In this document: positions 23,764-52,182 of the stretch, piece after piece
How positions within the stretch are numbered: position 1 is the stretch's first letter
How the letters are laid out: each line of letters begins with the position of its first letter
DNA from: Lytechinus pictus
Lineage: Eukaryota
Assembly (NCBI RefSeq): GCF_037042905.1
Contig: NC_087263.1
Span: 7,814,001-7,878,000, forward strand
DNA length: 64,000 bases
Direction of reading: 5' to 3'
Notes under the pieces: model-generated
Databases searched by the model: none
The model's input: only the letters and a program-made list of their open reading frames with translations
Told to the model about the DNA's origin: nothing
Position numbers and translations under genes: made by a program

Positions 23764-24496
23764 TAAGATGGCTGGCTATTTGCAGAAACTGGACTTCACC
23801 TGTAGTCAAATTTCATTGGTTCGTTTTACATCATCAATTTAGGCTTCTTGGATTTGCTTTAATTAATGATAATTGTTTGTAGAATGATCAGGATCAGTGC
23901 CTATTTATCATACAAACTTGAGTACGAAACTCGGGCTGATTGTTATTGTTGTTGAATTCCAAACTCATTCAAGGACATTTTATATTACACATTATATGCG
24001 AATAATGCGATGACTTGAAAAGGGACGCTTCAAGGATTGTTGGCAAAAATTCATGAAACGAAAAGGCCTGCTAAAATATATCAAACCAAATATTGCGAGT
24101 ACGAAGTCTGGACGGATTATTATTTTTTTAGACCTGGTAGGTCTATTGTTCCAGTGTAAGCTCAACGTATCTCAGTCGCAATTTATTGAGCGCAAAGAGT
24201 AGGTTTTATTATTATTAATATTCAGACCTGAAAACAATAGGACATGTAGGATGCGTATCTCAAAAAAATATATATTATTAAGCCTATTAAAAGCGTGAGC
24301 GTCATTAGTTTTTGGTACCTTTTCAAGAATACGGAATATTTTTCCGTTTAATGTTCCTCAGTGTTCTTTAATTCATTTCCCATCCCCGTCCTTTGTGGTC
24401 ACTAAGTTCCATGGTTTCAGTCATGTTCTCAGCAAAACTTTCAATTCAACGTGAAAGGTTAACAGAAAAAAATGTTTTGTCGCAGTGACTTCAAGT

Positions 24497-25930
24497 CAGG
24501 CGCGTAGCCAGGGGGGGGGGGGGGCGGTGGGGGCGGTCGCCCCCCCCCCCCAAAACGTCCCCCCCCCAAAAAAAAAAAAGAAGGGAAAAAGAGAGGAGAA
24601 AAGGAAAAGCGAAGGGAGGAAAGGGAAGAAAGGTAGCTTTGTGGGTTTTTCTTTTTCTTTTTAATTTTTTCTCAAAAGAGAAACTATTCACTCTTGCTCT
24701 AAAATGTATATGAATTTTACTTCCGCGCTGCGCGCGGTTAAATGACAATATTGCAGTTCTCCTTTGTATCCCCTCACTCTTTCTCTAACCCTGTTTTTCC
24801 ACCTCAGCTATATGTGTTTCTTGCCAGTTAAAGTTCAAATGTATACATTAGGGAATGGAATTAGAGTAAGGTTAGTCCGAAGTATATGAAGTTATCTTTT
24901 TTTTTTCAAATTGATCGCACAACTTCTGGTCGGGTCGATTCCGGGCGGGTAAAATCTTTATATCAATTTCTGCCGTCACCTCCATATAGGCAACTTCTCC
25001 CGCTTTTCAGCTCATTACTAAACAACCATAATTTGGGGGCAAACAGGTACCTATTATAAAAGAGGAAGGTATACAATTCGTGTCGTATTAAATAAAAAAA
25101 GTACAATATTTTTTTATCAAATTCTATTAAACTTCATGTCCCTGCACGATCATCTCCTATCCTGTTTTGCGCCCTCATTTTGAAATTTCGAATGACATCT
25201 AAGTTTCTTTATCATTCAAAATTAAGCGCTTCAGGATATTAGTCAAAGAAATCATTTTTTTTTATATAATTTAAATAAATCACAGAAGTTTCAACTTTTT
25301 GTGCACTATTTTCCTTGTAATGAAGTTCAATAATCTTAGAAAATCAATTGAATTATAGCCGATGGGGTATTAGAGATATCTGCATTTGATGAAACGTCCG
25401 CCCTTTGAAATTTCAGAGTTTAATTGCTCAGGGCGGGGAGGAATATCTTCCTCCCGGCATATACCCTAGCTTCTTCTCCTCTGTTTTGCGAGTTAAAGAT
25501 ATAATTGTTTGTAATCAAATCTGATCTTTCCAAGGGACGCATTTATTTTAACCTAGAGAACCTTTATCTCGAGACCCTTTTCTTTGGAAAAAAAAAATTG
25601 ATAAAACGCTTTAGCTTCCGCGCCTTGCGCGGAGTAATTATTATTTTATCCCTTTTTTGTGCGTTCACAATCACTTTTGAAAACAAGGTTCAAAATCACA
25701 ATATATTCAACTGAATTGGAGCTGATATAGAGACAAGAGAGACGGCTCCTTTTCATTTTAATTTATGAAACACCGAAAGCTTCGCGCTTCGCGAGGGAGG
25801 GGGAAACTCCCCCTCCCTGCACCCACCCCCTAGGGAGCGCGCTTCGCGCGCTCTGTAAGTGTTGGCACCGTTGGCACGCTTCGCGTGCATTTACCGCCCC
25901 CTCCAAAATAAAATCCTGGCTACGCGGATG
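24497..25930. mobile_element. Non-autonomous hAT-like element
   Basis: TIR CAGGCGCGTAGCCAGG / CCTGGCTACGCGGATG; perfect 8-bp TSD CTTCAAGT. Confidence 0.85.
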
Positions 25931-28461
25931 CTTCAAGTTCGTTCCTTTAGTCTGTTTTTATTATTAGTATTACCTGTATCCGGGACCTGTATACAATGCA
26001 CATTATCAGGAGAATTGAAGCCCCCGAAATCCGAGAAACCGAATTCAAAAACTTCAAAACGGTTTCTACGGACGGGGTTGATGGGTACTTTGGCGGGGTT
26101 CAGAAACTCAGGCGGAAACCCGGGAGAAATTTTCGGAATCCAAACATCTCCCAAGAAGATTGGTGATAGAAATATTAGCAACTTGAGACGCAGTCAGGGT
26201 CAAAGGTCGCATCTTGCAGGCAACCGATTTGTGACGTCACGAACATGATAACCATAATAGGGCATATGGCTTTATAAGCCTAACCCCGGGGGCCTAACAT
26301 CAATTTTCAGAAAAGAAGTTCAACTATAAGATGACATAAGTTGTTTTCAGAATCTGGATCATTTTTTTTTATTTGCTTGAAGCCAATTTTAAACTTTCGC
26401 AAAATCATATATCTATCTATATGATTGAATTCTCATCTCAATCACCCCTGACTGTGAAAAACCAAGGAACGTAGAGGGCAGCAACACTTTTCACATTAAA
26501 AAAAAATATATATTTTCGGGTTAAAACTTAATGTTTTGAAGAAATTGTACAGTTATATTGATTTGAGATAATTTTGATATGAATTTATATGCTCTTATTT
26601 TTTTTTATATGAGATACTTAGTTTGTGAATAACTTGTTTCGCGATATTTGGAATTGTAAAATCATATTACGAGGAAGAAATAAAATATCATTTAAAACAA
26701 AAAATTAATTAATAACCTTCCTATAATTAACCTTTAAAATAATCTTTTATCCTTTTTTATTCTTGTACAATTAATATGTGCAAAAGAGATTATTTCTATT
26801 CAGGGAAAAAAGGTCATTTTTTACAAAGTATGTTTTTTTTTATTTTGTCGATTGATATGGGTTTTTCCCCTCTGCTTTCACATTGTTATAAAATATAAAT
26901 TTGGCAGTTTAATTTCATATGTAATCATTTTAAAAATATTTGTAATCTCATTGATATTGATATATTTATTTGTTTGATTGTTTATTGATTGTATAGATGC
27001 AAAAAATCTTTATTTGTATGAATTGTGATTGTAAACTTATTGATTTGAAAGAGGAAGAAAATAAAATATTATTCAAAACAAAAAAAAGTAACTGTATCGA
27101 CAACTCCTATGTTTTTTAATGCTTTTTAGCCTTTATTTAGATGATAATATTACATTTTCTCATACATAGTAAATAATGCACTTACAAAAAATGGAGTATA
27201 CAGCAATATAACAAAGGAAAATAATAGATAAATAAAAACATCATGATATAAATCTTTGGAACAAAAATTATAACCAAAAATACAAACAGAAAGCAATTAA
27301 TTTTACTCGTATTTGCCGTATGATGAAAACTTTAAGACTTCTTTCAAGTTCTGAGCAGATAACAATTATCGATAGGCCTATATGATTTTTTTTTTAATAG
27401 AGAGAAGGAAATCACATCAAACAGTAGACTTCAAAGTACTGGCGCACTCTGCGTTCGTTGAACATAATTCATTTATACGGATGAGAAATATGGAAATCAT
27501 GGGGACCGTAAACATGGTAAAACAAAGATTAGCGATCAATCGCTTGATGACACGACCAATCAAGATCGTTGTTACGCGCGCATTTGGCTCGAAATACTGA
27601 CCAGTAACCAATCAGAAGTGTTCTTTCATTGTGTTACGGGGCATTAAGGGCAGTGGCAACTGCCCCTCTCCTGTGATGCGCTCTAAAAACTGAAATGTTC
27701 AATCAGAAAGGTTGGAGGAGTGATAAACTGTTCTAAATGTTGCATTTTCTACTTTAAATGATTTTGACCCAACACTTAAATGGTTGGATTCAGCTTTATG
27801 CAAGGTTGGATATAACACTTGAAATAGGTTGTCACTTTTCCAACCTGTACATTTCACTATTTCGTGTGAGGAAATAGAAGAGAAGAAATGTAATGGGGAA
27901 ACAAGAAGAAGAGAGAAGAGAGTACAACCAATTGAGTATAAATTATGACGTCACCTTTAAGTCGTGTATCCTAAAAGCGAGCCCCTGACTTTATACTCCT
28001 TTATGAAGATATGGGGGGGGGGGGGGTAAAGTTTTAAAGACTAAATTTTAATTCGTTCTAGTGTATGAAATATTTAAGTTTGTATGATATACAATCTTTT
28101 TTTTGCTCTCCCTCTCTCTATATACAGTGCGTATCAGAAAACACGAGACAGTTTTGAAAAGTCAATCCAAAATTTGTTTCAAATTATGATGTCTATATTT
28201 TGATGTCAATAGATGCTCTGGAGTCTATCTTTCAAATGTCTTTAAAAAAAGTTTCGTTAATGCTTGAGCGATCACGGAACATTTTTGTCAGGGGTTAAAA
28301 AAAGACTTGCGCCAAATGGCAGAAAATGAGAAAATATTGACAAACAGACTTCCTCTTAACCTTTTCATTTTCTGTGCCATAATTTATGTATTATTATGCT
28401 TTCAAAATCAATTTACTTGATTGGTTTTGTATTTTCATTTAAATATGATATCTTTCAGCAT

Positions 28462-28776
28462 CATTAGCGTACCTACGGGGGGGGGGGGGCAGAGGGCGGG
28501 GCAGACTGCCCCCCTGACGAGTCACAACCCATGCAAGGGACGTATCCCTGCCCCCCTGACGAGTCACAACTGATCCCTGACGAGCCACAAGTGGCCCGCT
28601 CCTTTGAACTTGAAAACTTGAAGACTTTTTTTTTTTTTTTTTGCTTGTCAAATTTTTTTCTGGTACGAAATCCTTTATTTGTGGTTGAAGACTTTTTATT
28701 TTTATTTTTGCTTGTCAAATTTTTGGGCGGACGAATTTGCCCCCCCCCCCTTTAGAAAATCCTAGGTACGCCATTG
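28462..28776. mobile_element. hAT-like MITE
   Basis: CATTAGCGTACCTA / TAGGTACGCCATTG; perfect 8-bp TSD TTCAGCAT; internal CCCTGACGAGTCACAA repeats. Confidence 0.85.
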
Positions 28777-28899
28777 TTCAGCATTGAATATTCCTTTATA
28801 AAGGAAGAAAAAACTTTGTTGTCAACTCAAGCAAGGAGATATGCATTATGAGTGGGAGAGCTTGTAACTTATTCAATGACGAACGTCGTTACGTGCAAG

Positions 28900-29209
28900 T
28901 TTGCACTGCTCTCTGTATAATTATCTTACGATCCTCGAGAAAGTTCCATCTGTTTTTCTTGCTATCATCTAGTGGGGAAAAAGAATAAACAGAAATTGAA
29001 CTATTATTTCGTTCCTTTATTTATTCTACTTAGATACTGATCAATTTTCAAATATCAAGCATTATGAAAAAGGCAACGAACTCTTCCATTTCACTGGATT
29101 GTTGGAGTAATGAGAGCATGTAGTAGATGTAGTAATATTTTTAGTAGTAGAAGAAGTAATAAAAAGAGTAGTAGTAGTAGTAGTAGTGGTGGTGGTGGTG
29201 GTGGTAGTT

Positions 29210-29245
<36 letters not shown>

Positions 29246-30502
29246 TCATTATTATTATTATAATCATGATCATTATTATTATTATTATTAGTAGTTGTAG
29301 TAGTAGTAATAGTAGTAGTATTGTTATTATCATTATTATTATTATAATCATGATCATTATTATTATTATTATTATTATTATTAGTAGTAGTAGTAGTAGT
29401 AAGATACCTCCCCATTATTTTCCACTCCAAACTTTGGATATGTTTCATGGAAAATTGTTTGATAAATGTCTGAAATGTACAAGGAGTGTTTATATATGGC
29501 GGAGGGGGGGAGGGGGTGGGTGTAAGCTCTAGACATCATCATGCCAAAGGTGATTCATTTTCAATTGGTCTAATGCCAGTTCATCCAATTTTCATCTCGT
29601 CTACTATCATTTTATCTACCATCAGTTCGTCCACTATGCACATGGTCTAATTTGGCATTTCGTTCGCTCACCATTCCTCTAAGAACCAATTGGTCTAATA
29701 GCCATTTAGTCCATATACCATATGGTCTAATTGGCCTAAATGTTAACTGGGCAAAATGAATGAAAATGAAATGGATAGTAGACCAACTGGTTACGAGACA
29801 AATGGTCAGAGACGAACTGGTGATCAGACCAATTGATAATTGGACCATTATGGTTATTGGACCTAATGGTTGTTAAACAAAGTGTTGATGGATGGGTTGA
29901 CATTAGACTAAATAAAGGTAGACCATCTGATGAGTGGACGAATTGAAAATAGACGAATATACAATTTTCCGATATGACTAAGGTCTTGAACAAGTGACCG
30001 CGGAACCATTCTGCTGTTATTTCCAAAATGCATCCGGGTAAGAGGCCCATGCCAAAGCGGTTATAGAGAAATGAGTTGCGATTATCGCTAAGACTGATAG
30101 ATGTATTGCTCAAGGGCATAAAGTGCCGTGCCGGGAATCGAACCCGGGACTTATGAGTGCAGACAGGAGCCTTAAGCTTAGACCACTCGGCCACGGCAAG
30201 TTCAAAATACTTTTGTGAATGATAAATTGAAGAAAGATATAATTGTTTGCATAACGTACGTCGGTACGTGTAAATTTGCCATGCATACTGCATAACCCGT
30301 ATATCTTACGATCCTCGAGAAAGTTCCATCTGTTTCTCTTGCTATCGTCTATTTGGGAAAAGATAAACAAAGTATGAACTATTATTCCGTTCGTTTATGT
30401 GTTGTAGTAATGGTAGCAGTAGTAGAAGTAGTAATATTATCATAAGCAGAAGTAGTAGTATTAGTATTATCATTATTATTATCATTATTATTAATATAAG
30501 TT

Positions 30503-30538
<36 letters not shown>

Positions 30539-30543
30539 ATAGA

Positions 30544-30575
<32 letters not shown>

Positions 30576-30639
30576 TATTATCATTATTATTATCATTATT
30601 ATTAATATAAGTTGTAGTAGTAGTAGTAGTAGTAATAGA

Positions 30640-30673
<34 letters not shown>

Positions 30674-31120
30674 TTAGTAGCAGTAGAAGTAGTAGTAATA
30701 GTAGAAGTAATAGGAGGAGTAATAGTAGGGGTAGCAGTGGTATAATAGTAGTGGGAGAAACATAAAAAGAAATAGTGTAGTACTACTATAGTAGTGATAG
30801 CAGTAGTAGTAGTAGTAGTAGTAGAAGTAGATGAAGAAGTAGTAGTAGAAGTATAGAAGAAGAAGAAGTAGAAGTAGTAGTAGTAGTAGTATTAGTAGTA
30901 GTAGTAGAAGTAGTAGTAGTAGTAGTTTCCATTACTGTTTCCTTTACTACCACCATCCAGTAGGGAAAAGATAAACAAAGAGCGAACTATTACTTCGTTC
31001 GTATACTGCGTAGATACTGATCGATTAACTAATATTACGCATTATGATAAAGTTATATCAATTAACTGGCGTGATGAAAGTGGTAGTAGCAGCAGCATCA
31101 GCAGCAGCAGTAGTAGTTGC

Positions 31121-31157
<37 letters not shown>

Positions 31158-31504
31158 TCTAGTAGTAGTAGAAGTAGTAGTAGAAGAAGAAGAAGAAGTA
31201 GTAGCAGCAGTAGTAGCAGCAGCAGCAGTAGTAGTATCTAGTAGTAGTAGAAGTAGCAGTAGAAAAAGAAGTAGTAGTAGTAGTAGTAGCAGTAGTAGTA
31301 GTACATGTAGTAGTAGTAGTAGTAGTAGTTAAAGCTTCATCTGTTTCCTTTACTACCATCTAGTGGGGAAAAGATAAATAAAGAGCGAACTATAATTTCG
31401 TTCGTATACTTCGTAGATACCGATCTATGAACTAATATCACACATGAAAAAGGCAACGCACTTTTTGTTATATCATTTAACTGAAGTGATGTAAGTGGAA
31501 GTAG

Positions 31505-31552
<48 letters not shown>

Positions 31553-31737
31553 AAGAAGAAAAAGTAGTAGCAGTAGTAGCACCAATGGTATTATTAATAT
31601 TATTGTCATTAATATCATTATTATTATCATTATTAATATCATTATTATTAGTAGTAGTAGTACTCGTAGTAATAGTAGTACATGTAGTACTACTACTACT
31701 AGGAATAGTAGTGGTAGTAGTAGTAGTAGCAGTAATA

Positions 31738-31789
<52 letters not shown>

Positions 31790-32781
31790 CAGCAGCAACA
31801 GCAGCAGTAGTAGTGGTAGTAGTAGAAGTAGTAGTATAGTAGAAGAAGAAAAAGTAGTAGCAGTAGTAGCACCAATGGTATTATTAATATTATTGTCATT
31901 AATATCATTATTATTATCATTATTAGTAGTAGTATTACTCGTAGTAGTAGTAGTAGTAGTAGTAGAAGAAGAAGAAGTAGTATGTCAGTGGTATCCATAT
32001 ACCTCCCCATTATTTACCATTCTAAACTTTGGTATGTTTCATCTAAAATTATTTGGTTAATGTCTAAACTGTACACGAAGTGCTGATTGTACCATATGGT
32101 TATTGGACCAAATGGTTGTTAGAAAAAAATTAATGTTGATGGATGGAATGACATTATACTAAATGAAGGCAGACCATCTGATGAGTGGACGAGTTTGAAA
32201 TAAACGAATACATAATTTTCCGATGTGACTAAGGTCTTGAACCAGTTGCGATTATCGTTTAGACTGATAGATGTATTGATCAAGGGCATAAAGTGCCGGG
32301 AATCGAACCCCGGACTTATAGTAGTCAGGCGCCTTAGACCGCTCGGCCACGGCAAGTTCAAAATACTATTGTGAATGATAAATTTAAGAAAGATATCATT
32401 GTTTGCATGACGTACGTCAGTACGTGTAATTTCGCCATGTACTCTGCAAAACCCGTATATCTTACGATCCTCGAGAAAGTTCCATCTGTTTTTCTTGCTA
32501 TCGGCTAGTGGGGGTAAAGATAAACAAAAATGAACTATTTTTACGTTCCTTAATCTGTTGTAATACTGATAGCATTTGTAGAAGTAGTTATATCATTATT
32601 ATTATCATTATTATTATTATCATCATTATTATCATTATTAAAGCATCGTGAATAAGTCAAATCAAATTTCATACCATTTTACTGGAGTATTGTAACAGTG
32701 ATGATAGCAGTAGTATAAGTAGTAATATTATCATTAGTAGAAATAATAAGAATCGTAGCAGTAGTAGAAGTAATAGTAGTA

Positions 32782-32823
<42 letters not shown>

Positions 32824-34370
32824 TAGAAGTAACATTGGTAGTAATAGTTTTTGTATCAGGAGTAGCAGTGGTAAATGAAGTAGTAGTAGCATCAGCAATA
32901 ATACCAGTAGTACCGCTATCCGTTTCTCTTGCTTTAATCTAGTGGGTTAAAGATAAACAAAGAGTGAATTATTATTCGTTCCTTTATCTATACTACTTAG
33001 ATACTAATCAATTTTCAAATATCAAGCATCATGAAAGAGGCAACGCACTTTGTTCTACCATTTTACTGGAGTGATGTTGCAGTTTATTTGTTGTAGTAAT
33101 GATAGCATGTAATAGATGTACATGTAGTAATATTATTAGTAGTAGATGTCGTAAAAAAGAGTAAGAAAAGTAAAAGTAGTAATAGTGATAATAGTAGAAA
33201 TAGAAGTAGCAGAAGTAGTAGTAGTTGTAGTAGTAGTAGTAGTGGTGGTAATAGTAGTAGTAGTAGTAATAGGAGTAGGAGTAGTCGTTTAGTAGTAGTA
33301 GTAGAAGTAGTAGTAGTAGTAGTAGTAGTACTAGTAGTAAAAGTAGTAGTAGTAGCAGCAGCAGTAGTAGGAGTAGTATTAAATCATCTGTTTCACTTGC
33401 TATCATCTAGTGGGGAAAAGATAAACAAAGAGTGACCTATTATTTCGTTTCTTTATCTATACTCTTCAGATAATGATCAATGAACTCATATCAGGAATCG
33501 CTGGACCGATGTAAGTAGTATTAGTATAGTAGTAGTAGTAGAAGTGGTAGTAGTAGAAGTGGTAGTGGTAGAAGTGGTAGTAGTAGTAGTAGTAGTAGCA
33601 GCAGTAGTAGTAGAAGTGGTATAGTAGTATATAGTAGTAGTAGCAGCAGCAGCAGCAGAAGTGTAGTAGTAGGCCAGTGGCAGCAAGATACCTCCCCAAT
33701 ATTTTTACCATTCCAAACTTGGGTATGTTTCATAGAAAAAAAATAGGTAAATGTCTAAAATGTACAAGGAATATTTGTTGCGGGGTGGGTGAGTGTAAGG
33801 TCTAGATATCAACATTCAATTGGTCTAATGCCATTTTATCCAATTAACAACTCGTTGATATCATTAGATCTACTATCAGTTCAATAGCCATTTATTCCAT
33901 ATACCATTGGTCTAATTGGACTAAGTGTTAAGTATGCGAAATTAATAAAAATAAAATAGGTATTAGACCAACTGGCTATCAGACGAAATGATCAGAGACG
34001 AACTGGTTATTGGACGAAGTGATAACTAGACTATTATTGTTATTGGACCAAGTGGTTGTTAGACGAAATGTTAATTGATTGAATGACATTAGACTATTGA
34101 AGGTAGACCATCTGATGAGCGGACGAGTTGGAAATAGACGAATATACAATTTTCCGATATGACTAAGGTCTTGAACCAGTGACCGAGGAACTATTCTAAT
34201 ATTATTTCCAAAATGCAACCGGGTAAGAAGCCCATGCCAAATCTGTTATAATAATGAGTAGCGATTATTGTTTACATAGAATGATAGACGTATTGCATAA
34301 AGTGCCGTGCCGGAATCAAACCCCGGACTTATGTGTGCAGTCAGGATTCTTAGACTACTCGGCCACGACA
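28900..34370. repeat. Complex tandem array: units of about 2 kb with (AGT/AGC/ATT)n microsatellites, a recurrent unique motif and a SINE head
   Basis: GATCCTCGAGAAAGTTCCATC at about 28930, 30310, 32466; CTAGTGGGGAAAAGATAAACAAAGAG variants about 7 times; tRNA-like head 3 times. Confidence 0.88.
30123..30196 (-). mobile_element. tRNA-derived SINE head (further copies at about 32293-32353 and 34302-34368)
   Basis: rc GCCGTGGCCGAGTGGTCTAAG...GGTTCGATTCCCGGCACGGC followed by SINE-like TGCCCTTGAGCAA. Confidence 0.7.
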
Positions 34371-34749
34371 TCCCCGCAAGATAACAAGTTTTACCTTTGA
34401 CGCAGTTTGTGGAACGATAATACAAAAGTAAAATTTGGTTACCATGTTGCTGATGTTGGTTGCATTTTGAACCATCTTTACTAGAATAATAATTACAATA
34501 GAAATGGAGTTTTTGGCTTCCAGTGGATATTAACTTTTTATTAAAAAAAAAAAAGAAAAGATAAAAAGAACAAAGGTTAATGCCGGTGTTGCATCATAAA
34601 AAATTAAGTTAAAAAGGAAAGACAAGAGAAATAATGCATCTTGCTCGTTTTGCAACTTGGTCACGAGTGTTTACTCAAATGTGACCTATTCGAACTTTCG
34701 AAGCATCACGCGATCCTTGAGAAAGCTACACCTGTTGCTTCATGAAGAC

Positions 34750-34862
34750 TTAAATACAGCTCATCCAGCCTAGCCCATCACCAGATCTCAACTAGATCAT
34801 CACTCTGAAGAGTTACAGAAGCTTTCTTCTAGATCAACACTTGAAGCCAGAGAAACTCTCCG
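34750..34862 (+). promoter_or_regulatory. Candidate TATA-like box and non-coding first exon of the subtilase
   Basis: TTAAATA at 34750, unique sequence ending in strong donor CG|gtaagt (34863); the ATG exon is preceded by an acceptor that needs an upstream donor. Inference. Confidence 0.45.
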
Positions 34863-34892
34863 GTAAGTTGATTTAATGGTTTTTTTTTCTAA

Positions 34893-36538
34893 AGCCTTGG
34901 TTACACAGGAACCGAATCAGCTGCGAATCCTTCCGAATAGACGTATTCGGGAGGATTTGTGAGCATTCCTTTCCCCCTCCCCGAATGCGAGAAAATCCGC
35001 AAGGGATTAAGGAGGGATCGGCTCGTTTTTAAATGTTTAAAACCAGTCGAATACACCCTCAAAATACTCCCGAATATGGCCACAACAAATTTCATTAGGG
35101 CCATATTTGGGATACTTTTTCGGATGGAATTCGGTTGGATTCTGGGAGGCATCCGGGTATTCAATTCGAGGTGATCCTACTCTGATTCGAAACCTATATT
35201 GGACATATTCGCCTCTGATTCGGAAAACTCCCCAATTCAGAGATAAATGCAATTTGAAGAGCTAATTTTTTTTTAAAAAGGGTTACATCCATTTCTCATC
35301 AAATTCGATTTTTATTGTTTCAATGTATAGATTTTTTACTAGCTCTATAAGATACTACCAAAGAATAGTTGAAATTCACATTAAAAAGTGAACAAAAATG
35401 GCAAAGAAAATCCCTTTTTTTCATAGGTGTTGGATCTATTTCAGTTTGTTTGCAAAAGGGGCTAGATTCACAATGGTAATTGTTTGGAAAAAATATTTTA
35501 AAATATATGAAGACAGGCAGATTGATCATGACATTTTCGCATTAGAATGTTGCAATATGGGAGAATGAAAAAAAAAAGATTTTCTCGGAATGGTCTAAAG
35601 TAGATTTAACCACTTTTGCAAACAAACTCTTTAAAAGAGCACATTTGCAAAAGGGGTTAAATCAATTTTTTTTCATAAAATTTGATATTTTTTGTCCAAG
35701 ATACTACCAAAGAATAGTTGAAATTCACATTAAAAAGTGAACAAAAATGGCAAAGAAAATCACTTTTTTCATAGGTGTTGGATCTATTTCAGTTTGTTTG
35801 CAAAAGGGGCTAGATTCACAATGGAAATTGTTTGGAAAAAATAGTTTAAAATATATGTAGACAGGCAGATTGATCATGACATTTTCGCATTAGAATGTTG
35901 CAATATGGGAGAATGAAAAAAAAAAATTCTCGGAATGGTCTAAAGTAGATTTAACCACTTTTGCAAACAAACTCTTTAAAAGAGCACATTTGCAAAAGGG
36001 GTTAGATCCATTTTTTTCATAAAATTTGATATTTTTTGTCCAAGATACTCCCAAGGAATAGTTGAAATTCCCATTAAAACGTGAATAAAAGGGCAAAGAA
36101 ACATAACTTGTTTATTCAAAAGGGATTAGATCCATTTCACTTTGTTCGCAAAATGGGCTAGATCCATAGTGATAATTCTTTAATTAAAATATTTTAAAAT
36201 GAAGACAGGTAGATTTCTTTTATATCAAAATATTATGTTCACATTGTAGGGTAGTATTTCATTACAATTTAGTTTCGCATAAGATTATTGCAATATGGGA
36301 GAGTGAAAAAAAAAAACATGGTTTTCTCGGAAATGTCTAAAGTGGATATAATTATTTTGCAAACAATCTCTTCACATGTACGAATAAGCCATATTCGGGC
36401 AGAATGTTCCCGAATCCCTCCTGACTTTTCTTGCATTCGGGGAGAGAGAGCAGAATACTCTCGAATCCTCCCGAAAACGTATACTAGTATTCGGATGGAT
36501 TCGCAGCTGAAGTTCGGGTCCCGGGGTAACGCAGGCTT
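34893..36538 (+). mobile_element. Harbinger-like family D element with internal tandem repeat of about 350 bp (x3)
   Basis: AGCCTTGGTTACAC ... GGGTAACGCAGGCT; internal unit repeats at 35351, 35700, 36043. Confidence 0.7.
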
Positions 36539-37445
36539 TGTTGAAAACTTCCTGTTGAGAGGGCAACGCTATCCTCTTCTATCTTGTCTTATCTTATTTG
36601 TATGACTAGTATTAGTAATATTTATAATTATTGCGAAGACCCTTATAGAAAGGCATAAAAATAGTTTTCGGTATTTTTTTATGCAAAAGCAGAAACGAAC
36701 CAGTAGCCTGAATAGCGACCTCAAGTCCTTATATACTCACATCTGGCCAACACAATGCAGTTGTATTGGAGAGTTTTAGGAGCAGTGAACGAGAACGACG
36801 TAGCAGTCGTCTGATCGTTTGAGTCAACGTCGTCGTCTGCCCTTGTTCACTACAATTGCGAATACTTTGATTTCACTCGACTTGTACGTGTACGTACGTC
36901 CACGTGAAACAGCGCGATAACCAGCGGGTCATGACACGCTGCCCGTCCCGGAGGATCTGGCGTACCATCGCCTGGCGACCCGGTCGGGTGATGCGAAAGT
37001 GCAACTTGTGCACACGTGCCCTTTCACTTGCTTTGATTCCTTTTTACTCGAGTTAGGATATATATCGATATAAATTTTGGAGGTCAGAAAGCAATTCCAA
37101 ATATGATAAACATAATGCATCGTACAACTTACATTAATTTTGTGAAAAGTCACTGAAAACTGTGTTTTAAAAGGGAAAGGTTGGTCTTCATGCTGGGCTT
37201 GAACGGTCAAAATGACGTCACTCACGTACACGTCCACTATGATTTAGGAGAACCGCAAAATGGATGTGGCGAGGTTCTCGATTCTGATAGTGGACGTGTG
37301 TGAGGACCTGAGGCATATAGAACGCCAAAAATGACGTCATCTCGTACCAGTCCACTATGTGGACGTACATTTCTAAAAGTGCTCATTATAAGCTGTGTAT
37401 TCTTGTAATATAGGCCCACTTGAATGATAGCACAATAGTTATCCA

Positions 37446-37888
37446 AGCCAGGGATACACCAAAACCGAATTCTCCCGAATAAATTCAGACCGATTCTGCC
37501 CGAATATGACCTCATTCAGAACTTATTCGTCTCTGATTCGCGGAACTCCCCGAATCAGAGACGAAAAGATCCGGAATATATCCCGAATCAGAGCAGAATC
37601 GCAAAGGATTGATTAGCCAGAAAACATAGAATGTCTCCCAGAATCCATCCGAATGATTCGAATATATCCCGAACAAAATTTGTCGGGGCCATATTCGGGA
37701 GTATTTTGAAGGGTTTTCGGCAGGTTTTCAACTTTTAAATACGAGACGAATGTTCCCGATTCCCTCCCGATTTTTTTTTGCATTCGGGGGGGGGGGGGGG
37801 GGGGGAGAACAGAATACTCCCAAATCCTCCAGAATACGTGTATTCGGATGGATTCGCGGCTGATTCGGTTCCGGTGTAACCTACGCTT
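37446..37888 (-). mobile_element. Harbinger-like MITE family D copy
   Basis: Reverse complement of 14570-15035. Confidence 0.72.
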
Positions 37889-37959
37889 GAATGACTAAAA
37901 ATGATTCTTTTCAAGACTGAAAAACAAAACGTTTCATACCTTTATTCTTTCGTCAGACA

Positions 37960-52081
<14,122 letters not shown>

Positions 52082-52176
52082 ACGCGGTTGGCAGGTGGCT
52101 TGAATTCATGGCACAGAAGATGAATTATCGAGAGACGTTGAAAAAAATATTATGACGGTATTAATCAATAAGAACG

Positions 52177-52182
52177 AATAAA
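52177..52182 (+). terminator. Polyadenylation signal of subtilase gene
   Basis: AATAAA about 95 nt after the stop, followed by a T/G-rich tract. Confidence 0.6.

Noticed and set aside
25859..26248. 129-aa and 82-aa overlapping ORFs
   Set aside because: Start within or next to a hAT-like end, no domain or splice support.
30123..30196. Functional tRNA gene (GCA in anticodon-like position)
   Set aside because: Anticodon arm irregular, the three copies differ by indels, and it continues into SINE-like body sequence.
29062..33733. Poly-S/T/L/V/Y ORFs
   Set aside because: Translations of AGT/ATT microsatellites with no splice or domain support.
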